Shown: positions 1-12,990, numbered from the stretch's first letter. The stretch: DNA of 64,000 bases from Mobula birostris (GCF_030028105.1 NC_092383.1:86013921-86077920), one strand, 5' to 3'. Made by a program: numbers and translations. The notes: generated by a model from the letters alone, not told the origin.

Positions 1-1862
1 CAGAGAGAGGCATGGCACAGGCTTAGAGCTCAAGGCAAGGTCAAAACAGTGGCAGAGATGAGTGAGAGACAAAAAAGAAGCAAGAGGGCCTATTGGAGGA
101 AAGTACAGCAAAGAAGCAGATAAAAAAAAGTGCCGACTTGAGACCTTAGCTACGCCACCAGAGGCCCAGACAGTGAAGTTTTCCAACAACCTGAGGAACA
201 CCTCTACAGAACTTTGGCAAACAACAAAACTGTGAGAGTGTTTTACATCCAGGAGGATCTCGTGGAAGAAGCTACAAAAAAAATGCCAAGTATTCTGCCA
301 GTGCTGCCCCCAACTATGCGGATCTACCAGGTAGTCACAGTGGCACCCAGAGAAATCATATACTGAAATGTAAGCTGCCCTTGCACCATAAAACAAAGTT
401 TTGAGTGTCAGTGTGAGAACACTAATAACTTTAGTTTTGGAGTTCAGCAAAAAAACCCTGCGCTACCTCAAGCAGACAAAACAAGGATGACGAAATCCGG
501 TGGGTCCTCATTTGATTGACCAGTGGTCTGCTCTGAAATACGATGGTAAAATTTACCCAGGAGTCATTCAGGAAGTCACTGAGACACATGTGCAGATAAA
601 GTGCATGCACCACATAGGAGTCAACTGTTTCTTCTGGCCACTAAGAGATGTTGTACTGTGGTACCTGTTTGAGGACATTGTGAGAATGATTCCTCCTGCA
701 AAGCCAGTGACATTGCGTCACGTCGAAATCGATAAAGATACCTGGTCTAGTTTCTAAGATGTGCAACTGAATGTTGTAGTTAATATGTTCTGTTAAATAT
801 TGATTTTACTGTACTATTTTTAGGTTAGGCTTCACTTGGACCCCTGCTGCCACAGTTGTTTGAACTCATTATTTTAACAAAGCATTACATAAAAAAAAAC
901 TGTTGTCTTCTATGATTCACCAGTTAGTCAAACTAAAGCTTGTTCTTCTACTACGTTTTTTTTGCCTCACATCTGTCAAATTTCTAAATGTCAATGTAAA
1001 ATACAATATATTGACTGTTTTGTATGAATTTTGTTAGTCAACATTTTATTCTGATTAAATGTGTGAATTGAAAGCACTTGTTTGAACCCTTCACCAGTTA
1101 CTGGTCAATATTTTATTCAGACTGTACAAAAGCTTGTTCCTCTACTATGTGTTTGTTTCAAGTAAATGAAAATGTATTGTGTTCTGTATTCCTTTAATTA
1201 TTCATCATTGAATTCTATCTATGAATTGAAAATTGAATGGCACTTCTGCCTTGAAATAAACACTGTGCTGATGGTTAATAAATATGTCCAGTCAACTATG
1301 TTACTTGTGTCAACTATAGGACTTTCATTGTCAACTATGTCACACCTGCTTTTTTTTACATTGAAACTAACGAAAATGCTGCTTCTGATATCCTTCAAGA
1401 TATATCATACATCCACACAGGTTTGAGTTTTGCATAACATCTCTTAAAACTATGAAAAGGACCTGTAAGGCAGATTTATGATAAAAAAAAAGTACTCCTG
1501 ACCTTAATGACAGCACTGAGCATATCACATTTATATCTGCAAAATATTAAATTCTTATAAAAACTTAAAAAAAAATCATTGTGCATATGGCAGAATAGAC
1601 ACAAGAACTCCTAAAAATGTATGTTACCTAAAGTAGAGCATTAGACTAAGTGTGTAATGGCATACAGTTTGTTCATAACATAGTTGACAAACTAACTAGC
1701 AAAAATATCCTTTCCCTTAAAATATCAAAAAAGTTGTCAATGCTTAAGCTTTGCAACTACTGAATACATTACATTGAATGAATATTTTAACTTAAACCAC
1801 TGATTGTTTTATTGAGAAAGCACATTACTTTTGTACTTTTTATTTATGTGAAATGTACCCCC
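1..1862 (+). mobile_element. Decayed, internally deleted DNA-transposon-like element (transposase-type N- and C-terminal remnants plus AT-rich 3' region); family not assigned
   Basis: Frames at 1-757 give a basic segment (WHRLRAQGKVKTVAEMSERQKRSKRAYWRK), then ...TMRIYQVVTVAPREIIY*NVSCPC... and KYDGKIYPGVIQEV...FFWPLRDVVLWY, resembling C-termini of fish transposon ORFs; stop and frameshift present; ends in gaaatgtaccccc (possible terminal repeat; left end outside window). Confidence 0.45.
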
Positions 1863-1879
1863 AATAATAGAATGACTCA

Positions 1880-1982
1880 CAAACAGAGAGAGGGAGATAG
1901 ACAGGGTAGCAGGAGAAACACAGGGAAAAGGGAATTAGGAAAACATGAGGATTAAAAGGAAGGAACGGCTGGGACCGTGACA
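1880..1982 (-). repeat. Truncated 3' LTR preceded by polypurine tract
   Basis: Minus strand reads gaggaagggggttac (PPT) then TGTCACGGTCCC...; gggaattagga.aacatgagga.taaa shared with the 5' LTR with several mismatches. Confidence 0.75.
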
Positions 1983-1984
1983 GT

Positions 1985-2160
1985 AACCCCCTTCCTCAAA
2001 AGGAGCCTCCAGGCGAACCAGCAGGCTTGCCGGGATCGTTGATGACCCAGACGGGTGGAAGGGGTTCAGCAGGTGGGCACAAAGGGCTGACAGATACGGG
2101 TTCAATTGGGAGACGTGGACCGTGGGACGAATGTGCATGGATCTGGGTAGCTTGAGTTTT
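1985..2160 (-). pseudogene. Gypsy integrase C-terminal remnant
   Basis: KLKLPRSMHIRPTVHVSQLNP (cf. RIHPTFHVS motif), ending ...EGGYC across the PPT/LTR junction. Confidence 0.75.
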
Positions 2161-3140
2161 ATGTTGTCATCTTTTGCGTTCTGGACTTGCTTCTCTTTTT
2201 ACGGCCTTGTTTAATCACAGGAGATGGTTGATTTCTTGATCTTGTAACTAATACTGGTGCTGGAGATTTTCCTGACTTTAGTTCAGTTGTTGGCTTCTCT
2301 TTTGTAGAAGTCAGTGAATGCTTTTCTTGCTCAGTTACAGACAAGTGATCAGGACAGCTACTTTCTACGCTGCACGAGTGGTTGGTTTACTCTGGCTACT
2401 TACACCACTGGTCAGGTTTCTTGCTTTACCTTCAACCTTTGTGGTCTTTTCTTATGATTGTGTTGGACTTTCCTCCTCTGGTGTTAGAACTGGTTTGGCT
2501 TCAACAGGTTCATCCACGACAGCAGATCTCTCCTCTCATTTGTCTTCAGATCTCAACAACTTTTCAATTTGCACCATGTTTCCTGGAGAAACATGTGCAA
2601 TTTCCTTAGTATTCAGTCTGCTTTCTTTTAAATGCAACTGGAAATTTTCTATATCAGTTCCTTCATTAATTTCAAATTTTTCACTAGACTCTGAGAATGT
2701 ATTTTCAGATTTTTCTTTTGTACTATTTGTTTCATTTTCTCCTAAATGCCATTCCTTTAACTTGAAATATACAATATCTTTTTTCCCTTCTACAATTTCT
2801 TCATCTTTGATATCTGTATGCAGGTTAGATTAAGATTCCGACTGATCATACTCCACTTTATGATTCTCTTGCATTTTATTACTTTTGATCATCTCCACCT
2901 CCTCCACATATTCTGCCACATTTTTCAGCTTATTACTCTTGGCTCTGCTTTGTTCATCTTCATGATCTGTTTTAGTCTTAGATAAAGCAGCTGGCGACTT
3001 GATCTCTTTTTCTTCTAATTTCTCATTACAAAGCAGATCTGGCACTTTATCCTTAGAACATGACAGTGAGTTGTTTCAAAATTACCCTCAGATCCTTTCT
3101 CACCACCTTGTGCTTTATTTTTGGACCGTGCTTGCATGCT
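2160..3140 (-). pseudogene. Non-retroviral E/K/S-rich degenerate coding segment embedded in the LTR element (captured host-exon-like sequence)
   Basis: Minus frame reads ~300 codons of charged low-complexity protein (EKLEEKEIKSPAALSK...SPAPVLVTRSRNQPSPVIKQGRK) with a few stops; composition shifts abruptly from GC-rich pol to AT-rich at both ends. Confidence 0.6.
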
Positions 3141-3760
3141 TTCTGGACGGGGCAGGCTATACAGCCGACTGATAGGTAATGAGGCTCCAGGGAGAAGGTC
3201 AGTCGTGCAGTCGTAAGGGTGATGTGGAGGCAGAGAAAGGGCCCATTGCTTACCAAACACCTCTCCACGATCATGATATTCTATGGGAACGGCGGACAAG
3301 TCAGAGGGCTCGGAGGCGGACGAGGTAGCAGTGACCTCCACTGGGGGAAGGGCTGATTGCAGGTAAGAGGAATGGCAGAACATGCTCCAGCTGACCATCT
3401 TCCCAGTGGGCCAGTTGACGTGGGGGTTATGACGGCTTAGCCATGGGTGGCCGAGAACGAAAAGGGCTTGGGAGGGGATTAGATTGAACCGTATCTGTTC
3501 CTGATGGTTTCCGGAGAGAACGAGAAGCAGGGGTTCCGTGTAGTGCGTGACTCGGGCCAGGAGTCTAGCGTCTAGCTCATTGGCGTCCAGCGCGGTACAC
3601 AGAGGCTCATGAGGAATACCGGCTTGGAGGGCTAGTTTTCATCCAGGAAGTTTCCCTCTGTCCGGAGTCCACTAGTGCTAGCAGAGGCAAGGACTGTTGA
3701 TTATGACACACAGTGGCTTGAAGCTGCATCCGGGGTCGGGGCGGGGCGACAGGGAAGGTT
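3140..3760 (-). pseudogene. Gypsy pol 5' remnant (aspartic protease and linker up to RT start)
   Basis: ALVDSG..GNFLD protease motif at ~3640-3680; DLSAVPIEYHD..EVF.K..ALSLPPHHPYDC..DLLPG..LP.SRLYSLPRPE. Confidence 0.85.
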
Positions 3761-3791
3761 ATCTGGCTCACCAGGGTCCCCCCCTCCCCTG

Positions 3792-4754
3792 CTACTGCTG
3801 AGCCCTCCCTTTGGGCCGAAGGGGACAGGAGGCAAGGAAGTGGCCGGACTGACCGCCCGCTCTCATTCTCTGGATATGTTCAGCGGGAGAAAGGTGTGCC
3901 TGCCCCAGCTGCGTGGGTTCCTCTCGGGGGTGGTAGAAGCGGCAGGGCTGGGAGCTACTCGGGGTGCAGGAGGGGGAGAGAGGTTTGTTCTGGTGAGGGG
4001 TGGTGAAGAGCTGAGAAGTGTCCAAAGGTGGTGGACGACCAGTTCTCTCTCTACGGCACTCCCGGAGGCGATTGTCCAACCTGGTGGCCAGGGAGATCAG
4101 GGAATCCAGGCTGTCAGAATCGTCTCCCGCCGCCAACTTGTCCTTCACCAGGTCACAAAGTCCACCCAGAAATACCCCCTGGAGCAACTCATCGTTCCAC
4201 CCCGAGTCGACTGCTAATGTCCGGAAATCCACTGAGTATTCAGCAATACTGCGGGAGCCCTGGTGGAGAGTGAGTAGGCGCTTAGTGGCGCCTTTACCCC
4301 AGACTGGGTGATCGAAGACGTTTCTCATCTCCGCAATGAAATTGGGGAAAGAGGAGCAGATATCAAGTTGGTTGTCCCAAAGTGCTGTGGCCCATGCTTA
4401 TGCGTTTCCCCTTAGTATCCTAATGACCTAAGCAACTTTGGACTTACCTGTGGAGTAGGTCGGCGGCTGCTGCTGAAACACCAGGGAGCATTGAAGGAGG
4501 AAACCCCGGCTCTTCCCCTGGTCTCCGGCATTGTGCTGCAGCTCTTGTACGTGAGGCTCTCTGAGTGGGGTTCCAGGTGTGTGTTGAGTGATATGAGTGG
4601 AGATACGGTCCACCTGGTTCCCGATCTGTGTGACGTTAACAGACAGAGAACGGAGGTTCTCCATGACCTTCTGGAGGAGTTGGTCATGCTGTCCCAGTAG
4701 GGAACCCTGGCTGGCGACAGCTTGTAGGATGGTGTTTGTGTCCGCTGGGTCCAT
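3792..4754 (-). pseudogene. Retrotransposon gag (PEG10/sushi-like), frameshifted, zinc knuckle partly deleted
   Basis: MDPADTNTILQAVASQGSLLGQHDQLL...; FDHPV...[26 protein letters not shown]...F..GL...KDKL; [11 protein letters not shown] lacks the first CxxC. Confidence 0.9.
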
Positions 4755-4770
4755 GTTGGCCAGATTTTTC

Positions 4771-5133
4771 GGTTACGTCAAACGGGTGAACCCAAATGCA
4801 GGACACTCACACAGAGGGATAGTAATCTGAAGAGTGTTTATTAATGGTTGCAGGGAAGGCCGGGGAGTGAGGATTATGCGGAAGAAAGCAGAGGAGAGAG
4901 CGAGGCTGAACCGGGAGATGAACCCGGGTTGCTGCGGTGAGAGCGCAGCGTTTAACCACCGAGCCAGCGGAGAGTGTAGGCCGGCAGTGCAACAAGGCAG
5001 AGCAGGGATGCTGACGAGGGTGTGAGTGTGGCTGGAGGAGAACGGCAGGCAGGAGGATGAATGGGAAGGCAGGCGGAAAAGGGAATTAGGAGAACATGAG
5101 GAATAAACGGAAGGTATGGCCGAGACCATGACA
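4771..5133 (-). repeat. 5' LTR (~360 bp)
   Basis: Starts TGTCATGG at 5133; aataaac signal near its 3' part; ends ...gacgtaacc, 16 nt before the gag ATG; its first ~60 bp match 1920-1982. Confidence 0.8.
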
Positions 5134-5269
5134 TTATGATTAAATGCTATAATCGGCTACAAAAAGAAAGCAGTATATGTTTGATCACACTGCATCCCTT
5201 CCCAATGAACCTTATGCATTCTAAGCATGTTTTAAACAGGAAGGGTTTGGAATGTCATCACTTGCCCCG

Positions 5270-5870
5270 ACAGCCTCCAAATGCTCCTGAACCTACAGTC
5301 ACTGTTACAGATATCAATTCGGTCTGGAGACTCAACCCATGGAAAGCATCTGGACTGGATGGTGGACCTGGCCAAGTTCTCAGATCCTATGTGGATCAAT
5401 TGGTGAGGGATTTGGCAGACATTTTTTAAACTTTGCCCTGCCTCTGTCTGAGGTTCCTTTCTGCTACAAGATGAGCACTATCATCCTGGTACCAAAGGTA
5501 ATTTGCCGAAACCACTTTTGCTTGTTAGCTCTGACATTCACTATTCTGAAGTGCTTTGAGAGGCTGGTTGTGACACACATTAATATTAGCCGCCTAGACA
5601 ATCTCAACCCATGGAAGTTCAACTACTGCAAAAACTAGTCTATGATGGAGGCCATTTTCCTTCCCCTATACTCCTCTCTGGAGCATCCAGACAGTAAAAT
5701 ACACCTGTGTTAGACTGCTTATGAATAAAGCTCTGTTTTCAATACAATAATCCAAGTACAATCATCTCCAAACTCCTAGATATGGGGGACAGCATCTCTC
5801 TTTGCAATTTGATCCTTAGCTTCCTGACCAACAAACCACAATATGTAACGATAGGCAGCAACACCATCAA
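5270..5870 (+). mobile_element. Rex1/Babar-type non-LTR RT fragment
   Basis: NPWKASGLDGGPGQVLRSYVDQL...ADIF; KMSTIILVPK; LALTFTILKCFERLV; multiple frameshifts. Confidence 0.75.
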
Positions 5871-5879
5871 GATTATTGA

Positions 5880-6600
5880 GTTTAAAAGCCATTAGGTATT
5901 GTAGCAACTCTATAAAAACCCTGGTTATACCAGACTGGAGTATTGTGTTCAGCTGTAAACATCTCATTATATGAAGGACGTGGCAGTTTTAGAGAGGATG
6001 CAGAGGAGGCTCTCGTGTTCAAACGAAAACAAATATTTGTTCAGCTTGAGCACATTTACAATCATTGGATGAACAGCCCGAAGGTCAATTAACAGTGGGG
6101 GAAACTGTTGGATATTGAGTTGGACCATACAATGATCAATGTGTTGTGACATTTTTCAATAGGATAGAATCTCGGTGCTGTTTGTGGCTGCCCCAGACTC
6201 CAGTTGTCACCAGTTGTAGTTTCAGGTGAAATATTATTTCCTTCAGTGACCTTGTAGAGGACTACTGATCTTATAGAGGGATATAAAATCATGAGGGGCA
6301 CAGAAAGAGGAAATCACACAATCATTTTCCCCAGGGAAACTCATGCCTGAAGAATCTTTTACAGTCTTAGGAATAGGGGTTTTATGTTGCAGTCGTACAA
6401 TTCGTTGTTGAGGTCTCACTTGGAGTACTGTGGACAGTTTTAGTCACCCTGCTAGAGGAAAGACATGGTTAAACTAAAAACAGTGCAGAGATGATATATC
6501 AAGGTGATGCTCGGTTTAGAGGGCACTGAGTTACAGGGACGGGTTGACCAGGTTAGATCTTTATTCCTCAGAATGCAGGAATATGTGGAGCGACCTTGTC
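5880..6600 (+). mobile_element. Fragmented CR1 3' pieces with an unassigned ~250 bp interruption
   Basis: LYKTLVIP.LEYCVQ-like and ggtctcacttggagtactgtggacagttttagtcaccc match the RT C-terminal region of the CR1s at 10-14 kb. Confidence 0.6.
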
Positions 6601-7444
6601 GTATAAACAAGCAAGAACAACTTTACAGATATAGCCACCTGAAACACACACAATGTATAGAAATCGACCAGTGAAAAAGAAAAGTACACTGAATTAAAGG
6701 AGAAAATTGAAGAACTGTGGAACAGGAACAGGATAGATGGTACATTGCCCAGTAGTAATATCTACAACTGGTATCTCCCAAATTTACCACACAATAGCAT
6801 TAAACAATTAGATCTACACAGCAAATATTTATGTAAATCTCACATTACTAAATACCACTAGAATAATCCGAAAGGTCCTGGCAATTGAGAAATGAATGTG
6901 CTTGGCTCTGGTCATACCTCAAGTTTTACCAGCTTGAACTGAGGGGAAAAAACAATAACTAAATAATAAGAGGCCCTCGGCTGGTCAGGGTCGACCATGG
7001 ATATTGCGTCCCAGGTGTCTACGTGATAAGCAAGCCAGTCAGTACAATGTAGAGAGCAAGCTGTTGCCCATGTAACAGACGCCCCCCGCCCCCCAATGCA
7101 GCTGATGGTTCCAAAGGAACAGCAGAGACAAGTACAGATTGGCACCAGTGGCCTTACAGCAGTTGCCAATCAGCATTCAACTCAATGTAGGACTGCCATA
7201 GGGACACCTGGATACTCACCAAGCCTTACCCATGAGTAGGTATAGCTGCAAGGCAGTAGAGGTTTGAGTTGTGGAGTCTTCCAGAAGAAGTGATGAGGCA
7301 GGTACAGAAGTACCATATAAGAAGCAGTTGAGTGGGTACATGGAAGGACAGGGTTTTGAGAGATTTGGGCTGAATGCAGAAAATCAGAATCACGTTTAAT
7401 ATCTGTCATGAAATTAGCTGTTTTGCAACAGAGGTATATTGATA

Positions 7445-9016
7445 TTCATGTCTGTCTGTCTAGGTACCATATCCGATGCGGACTTTGGTGACCATGGTTT
7501 TCCATATAGATCTATCCTTCGTTTTTTGGATGACTTCCATTTCCTCGATGTGTAGCCACCTGGCTATGCTTTTGATGTACATAAGCCGAGGTCTTCCTCT
7601 AGGTTTACTCCCCTAGATCTTTCCAGAGAGTATGAGTTTTTCTAGTTCATCTTTCCGCATATGTGTCCTAGGAATCTGAGTTGTCTTTCTCTTATTGTTG
7701 GTGTGAGTGATGGAATTGCTTGGGCTCTTCTGAGAACTTCTTCATTTGATGTGTGTGTGGTCCATGATATTTTTAATATTCTCCTGTAGAACCATAATTC
7801 AGCTGCTTCTAGTCTCTTTTCCATTGCTGGAGAAATGGTCCAGCATTCACTTCCATAAGTCAGGATGGAATAAATGTAGCACTGCAGTATTCTGTTTTTA
7901 GTGTACATGCTCATCTTTCTGTCTGTTAATATGGTCTTCATTTTTTGGAAAGCTTCTTTCACCATAGCTATTCTGTATTTGATCTCTGTGTCGCACCTGC
8001 CATTACTTACCATTAGGCTGCCAAGATATTTGAATTTGTTGACTTGTTTGATGTTTGTATTTCCGATCTTGATCACACATTGTGGGATGTTTGTCTTTCT
8101 GGAGATGACCATGCTTTCTGTCTTCTTGGTGTTGATTGAGAGGCCTCTGCGATTACTTTCTGCTGCCACTATAGTGAGTAGTTCTTGACGTTTTGTTTCT
8201 GAGTCAGCTATTAGCATGATGTCATCAGCATATCTGATGTTATTTATATTACGGCCTCCAATTGTGAATCCTTTGATGTCTTTGATACTTCTCAAAATAT
8301 TTTCACTATACAGGTTGAATAAGTCTGGCGAAAAAACACAACCTTGCCTGACTCCTCTCATGATATATACATACTCACTCACTTCTCCTTCTATTCTGAT
8401 GGATGCTGTCTGGTCCCAGTATAAGTTTCTTAAGAAACATATATCTTTCCCATCTGTGTCAAGATCTTGAAGCATTTCCAAAAGATCTTGCTGTCTGACA
8501 GTGTCAAAAGCTTTTGTATAGTCAATGAAACGTAGCTAAATGTCTTTATGTACCTGGATGGCCCGTTCACAGATCATCCGTAGCATGAAAATTGCATTTC
8601 TGGTTCCAGTGTTTTCCACAAAGCCGCATTGTTCTTTTCTGATTTCTGGTTTTAAACAGCATCTTGCTCTCATCATGATTACTCTGAGAATAATTTTTGC
8701 CACATGGCTCATCAGGCTTATTGTATGATGTAACTCATATTCTGTTGCTCCCTCTTTCTTTGGAAGTGATTTACACTGATTTACTTAAATCATCAGATAT
8801 CTCCCCATGAACATAGATTTCATTTGCTATTTCTGTTATTTTCTCTATTCCAAAATCTTCTAAGGCCAGTATCATTTCAACGGGAATGTTGTCTGGACCA
8901 GTTGCTCTATTATGTTTTGTTTTATTTACAGCTGCTCGAATTTCTGATTTTAGAATGCTAGGTCCCTCAAGATTCTTCTTTATGTTTGGCTTTTCTCCTC
9001 TTTGGTCTTCAAAAAG

Positions 9017-9063
<47 letters not shown>

Positions 9064-9808
9064 TCTGTCCATCTGTTTAGGATTTCCTCTTTGTTCATAA
9101 TTAAGCTGCCATCTTTTGCCTTGATGCATCCACTTGCTGAGCAAGGTAATTTCCTCATTAGTTCTTTAATCTTATTGTGCATCAACTTTGTTCCAGGGTT
9201 ATGGGTTTGTAGCATTTCTATCTCTGAGCATTTCTCATTTAGCCATCTGTCTTTAGCTTCTCTGCATTTTCTTTTTATTGTCTTATCAAGTTGTTTGTAT
9301 TCTTTGCTATCTCTTAGTTTGATGCTCTGTTTTTGTTGCATCAATTGTATTTTATCTTCAGTTATCCATTTCTGTTTACTTTTCTGTTCTTTTCGTGGGA
9401 TGGTTTCTTTTGCAGCTAAACCATGGATTCCTTCAGTATGTCCCAGGAAGATTTGCCTCCTTCATCCTGCAGCAATTGAAAACGGTTTTTCACCTTGATT
9501 GTGTATTCTGTTTTCACATGAGGGTTGATTTGTGGTTGTTGATAATCCAGTGGTTCTGATCTTTTTGGTTTCTTTAATTTTCTCATCTTTATTTTCATTT
9601 TGCAAATGACCGGTATGTGGTCACTTCCACAGTCTGCTCCAGGGTACCTTTTAGATTGAGTTATCGAGTTTTTGAATCTGTTATTGATTGTTATGTAGTC
9701 GATTTGATTTTTGTTGTTCCCATCTGGGCTTCTCCGTGTCCATTTCCTTCTTGGATGTTGTTTAAACCAAATGTTGGTGATTATCTGATTGTTTGTTTTA
9801 CACCATGA
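7445..9808 (-). mobile_element. RTE-clade LINE, 5' truncated (end of APE plus RT)
   Basis: RGVRQGCVFSPDLFNLYSE...NINNIRYADD (ORF 7642-8481); linker ORFs 9060-9344 and 9416-9598; short (AGAC)n tail at ~7445-7460. Confidence 0.92.
9020..9059. repeat. (TA)n microsatellite, ~20 units, inside the RTE
   Basis: Read directly from the sequence. Confidence 0.98.
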
Positions 9809-10204
9809 TATAAGCTTTTCTCATAATAATTGATATACATAATAAAAAACATAAATTACTATACAATATATAAGCAATGCAAAAAGCCAGGAAAAATAGT
9901 GGGGTGATGTTCATGAATGCACTGTCCGTTTAGAAGTCTGCTGGTGGAAGGATTGAAACTGTTTCTGAAACATTGAGTGTGTGTTTTTGGGCTTTTGTAA
10001 CATCTTCTTGATGATAGCAATGAGGAGAGGGTCTGTCCTGGGTATAGAACATAGAATAGTACAGCACAGTACAGGCCCTTCGGCCCACAATGTTGTGCCG
10101 ACCCTCAAACCCTGCCTCCCATATAAGCCCCCACCTTAGATTCCTCCATATACCTGTCTAGTCATCTCTTAAACTTCACTAGTGTATCTGCCTCCACCAC
10201 TGAC

Positions 10205-12986
10205 TCAGGCAGTGCATTCCATGCACCAACCACTCTGAGTAAAAAACCTTCCTCTAATATCCCCCTTGAACTTCCCACCCCTTACCTTAAAGCCATGTCC
10301 TCTTGTATTGAGCAGTGGTGCCCTGGGGAAGAGATGCTGGTTATCCACTCTATATATTCCTCTTATTATCTTGTACACCTCTATCATGTCTCCTCTCATC
10401 CTCCTTCTCTCCAAAGAGTAAAGCCCTAGCTTCCTTAATCTCTGATCATAATGCATACTTTCTAAACCAGGCAGCATCCTGGTAAATCTCCTCTGTACCC
10501 TTTCCAATGCTTCCACATCCTTCCTATAGTGAGGTGACCAGAACTGGACACAATACTCCAAGTGTGGCCTAACCAGAGTTTTATAGAGCTGCATCATTAC
10601 ATCGCGACTCTTAAACTCTATCCCTCGACTTATGAAAGCTAACACCCCATAAGCTTTCTTAACTACCCTATCCACCTGTGAGACAACTTTCAGGGATCTG
10701 TGGACATGTACCCCGAGATCCTTCTGCTCCTCCACGCTACAAAGTATCCTGCCATTTACTTTGTACTCTGTCTTGGAGTTTGTCCTTCCAAGGTGTACCA
10801 CCTCACACTTCTCCGGGTTGAACTCCATCTGCCACTTCTCAGCCCACTTCTGCATCCTATCAATATCTCTCTGCAATCTTTGACAATCCTCTACACTATC
10901 TACAACACCACCAACCGTTGTGTCATCTGCAAACTTGCCAACCCACCCTTCTACCCCCACATCCAGGTCGTTAATAAAAATCACGAAAAGTAGAGGTCCC
11001 AGAACAGATCCTTGTGGGACACCACTAGTCACAATCCTCCAATCTGAATGTACTCCCTCCACCACCACCCTCTGCCTTCTGCAGGGAAGCCAATTCTGAA
11101 TCCACCTGGCCAAACTTCCCTGGATCTCATGCCTTCTAATTTTCTGAATAAGCCTACCGTGTGGAACCTTGTCAAATGCCTTACTAAAATCCATATAGAT
11201 CACATCCACTGCACTACCCTTATCTATATGCCTGGTCACCTCCTCAAAGAACTCTATCAGGCTTGTTAGACACGATCTGCCCTTCACAAAGCCATGCTGA
11301 CTGTCCCTGATCAGACCATGATTCTCTAAATGTCTATAGATCCTATCTCTAAGAATCTTTTCCAACAGCTTTCCCACCACAGGCATAAGGCTCACTGGTC
11401 TATAATTACCCAGACTATCCTTACTACCTTTTTTGAACAAGGGAACAACATTCGCCTCCCTCCAGTCCTCCGGTACCATTCCCGTGGACAACGAGGACAC
11501 AAAGATCCTAGCCAGAGGCTCAGCAATCTCTTCTCTCGCCTCGTGGAGCAGCCGGGGGAATATTCCGTCAGGCCCCGGGGACTTATCTGTCCTAATGTAT
11601 TTTAACAACTCCAACACCTCCTCTCCCTTAATATCAGCATGCTCCAGAACATCAACCTCACTCATATTGTCCTCACCATCATCAAGTTCCCTCTCATTGG
11701 TGAATACCGAAGAGAAGTATTCATTGAGGACCTCGCTCACTTCCACAGCCTCCAGGCACATCTTCCCACCTTTATCTCAAATCGGTCCTACCTTCACTCC
11801 TGTCATCCTTTTTTTCTTCACATAATTGAAGAATGCCTTGGGGTTTTCCTTTACCCTACTCGCCAAGGCCTTCTCATGCCCCCTTCTTGCTCTTCTCAGC
11901 CCCTTCTTAAGCTCCTTTCTTGCTTCCCTATATTCCTCAATAGACCCATCTGATCCTTGCTTCCTAAACCTCATGTATGCTGCCTTCTTCCTCCTGACTA
12001 GATTTTCCACCTCACTTGTCACCCATGGTTCCTTCACCCTGCCATTCTTTATCTTCCTCACCGGGACAAATTTATCCCTAACATCCCACAAGAGATCTCT
12101 AAACATCGACCACATGTCCATGGTACATTTCCCTGCAAAAACATCATCCCAATTCACACCCACAAGTTCTAGCCTTATAGCCTCATAATTTGCCTTTCCC
12201 CAATTAAAAATTTTCCTGTCCTCTTTGAGTCTATCCTTTTCCATGATAATTATAAAGGCCAGGGAGTGGTGGTCACTGTCCCCCAGATGCTCACCCACTG
12301 AGAGATCTGTGACCTGACCCGGTTCATTAGCTATTACTAGATCTAGTATGGCATTCCCCCTGGTCGGCCTGTCCACATACTGTGACAGGAATCCATCCTG
12401 GACACTTAAATTCTGCCCCATCTAAACCCTTGGAACTAATCAGGTGCCAATCAATATTAGGGAAGTTAAAGTCACCCATGATAACAACCCTGTTATTTTC
12501 GCACCTTTCCAAAATCTGCTCCCAATCTGCTCCTCTGTATCTCTGCTGCTACCAGGGGGCCTATAGAATACCCCCAGTAGAGTAACTGCTCCCTTCCTGT
12601 TCCTGACTTTCACCCATATTGACTCAAAAGAGGATCCTGCTACATTACCCACCCTTTCTGTAGCTGTAATAGTATCCCTGACCAGTAATGCCATCCCTCC
12701 TCCCCTTTTTCCTTCCTCTATCCCTTTTAAAGCACTGAAATACAGGAATATTGAGAATCCATTTCTGCCCTGGTGCCAGCCAAGTCTCTGTAATGGCCAC
12801 TACATCATAATTCCATGTATGTATCCAAGCTCTCAGTTCATCACCTTTGTTCCTGATGCTTCTTGCATTGAAGTACACACATTTCAGCCCTTCTACCTGA
12901 CTGTCTTTACACTGTTTATTCTGCTTCTCTTTCCTCAAAGCCTCTCTGTATGTTAGATCTGGCTTTACTCCATGCACTTCTTTCAC
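10205..12986 (-). pseudogene. CR1 ORF2 (APE endonuclease plus RT), broken by frameshifts and stops
   Basis: YFNARSIRNK, VAITETWL, GDFNFP, LGDSDHH; DFSKAFDKVPH, GVPQGSVLGP, KFADDT. Confidence 0.95.
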
Positions 12987-12990
12987 TGCT

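Larger units (their letters stand above)
1880..5133 (-). mobile_element. Ty3/Gypsy LTR retrotransposon, sushi/chromovirus-like, defective
   Basis: 5' LTR, gag, protease and pol remnants, polypurine tract and partial 3' LTR in the expected order on the minus strand. Confidence 0.9.

Noticed and set aside
2318-2833. 171-aa hydrophobic plus-strand ORF
   Set aside because: Antisense shadow of the E/K-rich captured segment.
6010-6260. Unassigned insert within a CR1 fragment with short open frames
   Set aside because: No recognisable motif, termini or splice pattern; cannot be classified from sequence alone.
8986-9498. 170-aa ORF with an IY repeat
   Set aside because: Antisense of the RTE, running through the (TA)n microsatellite.
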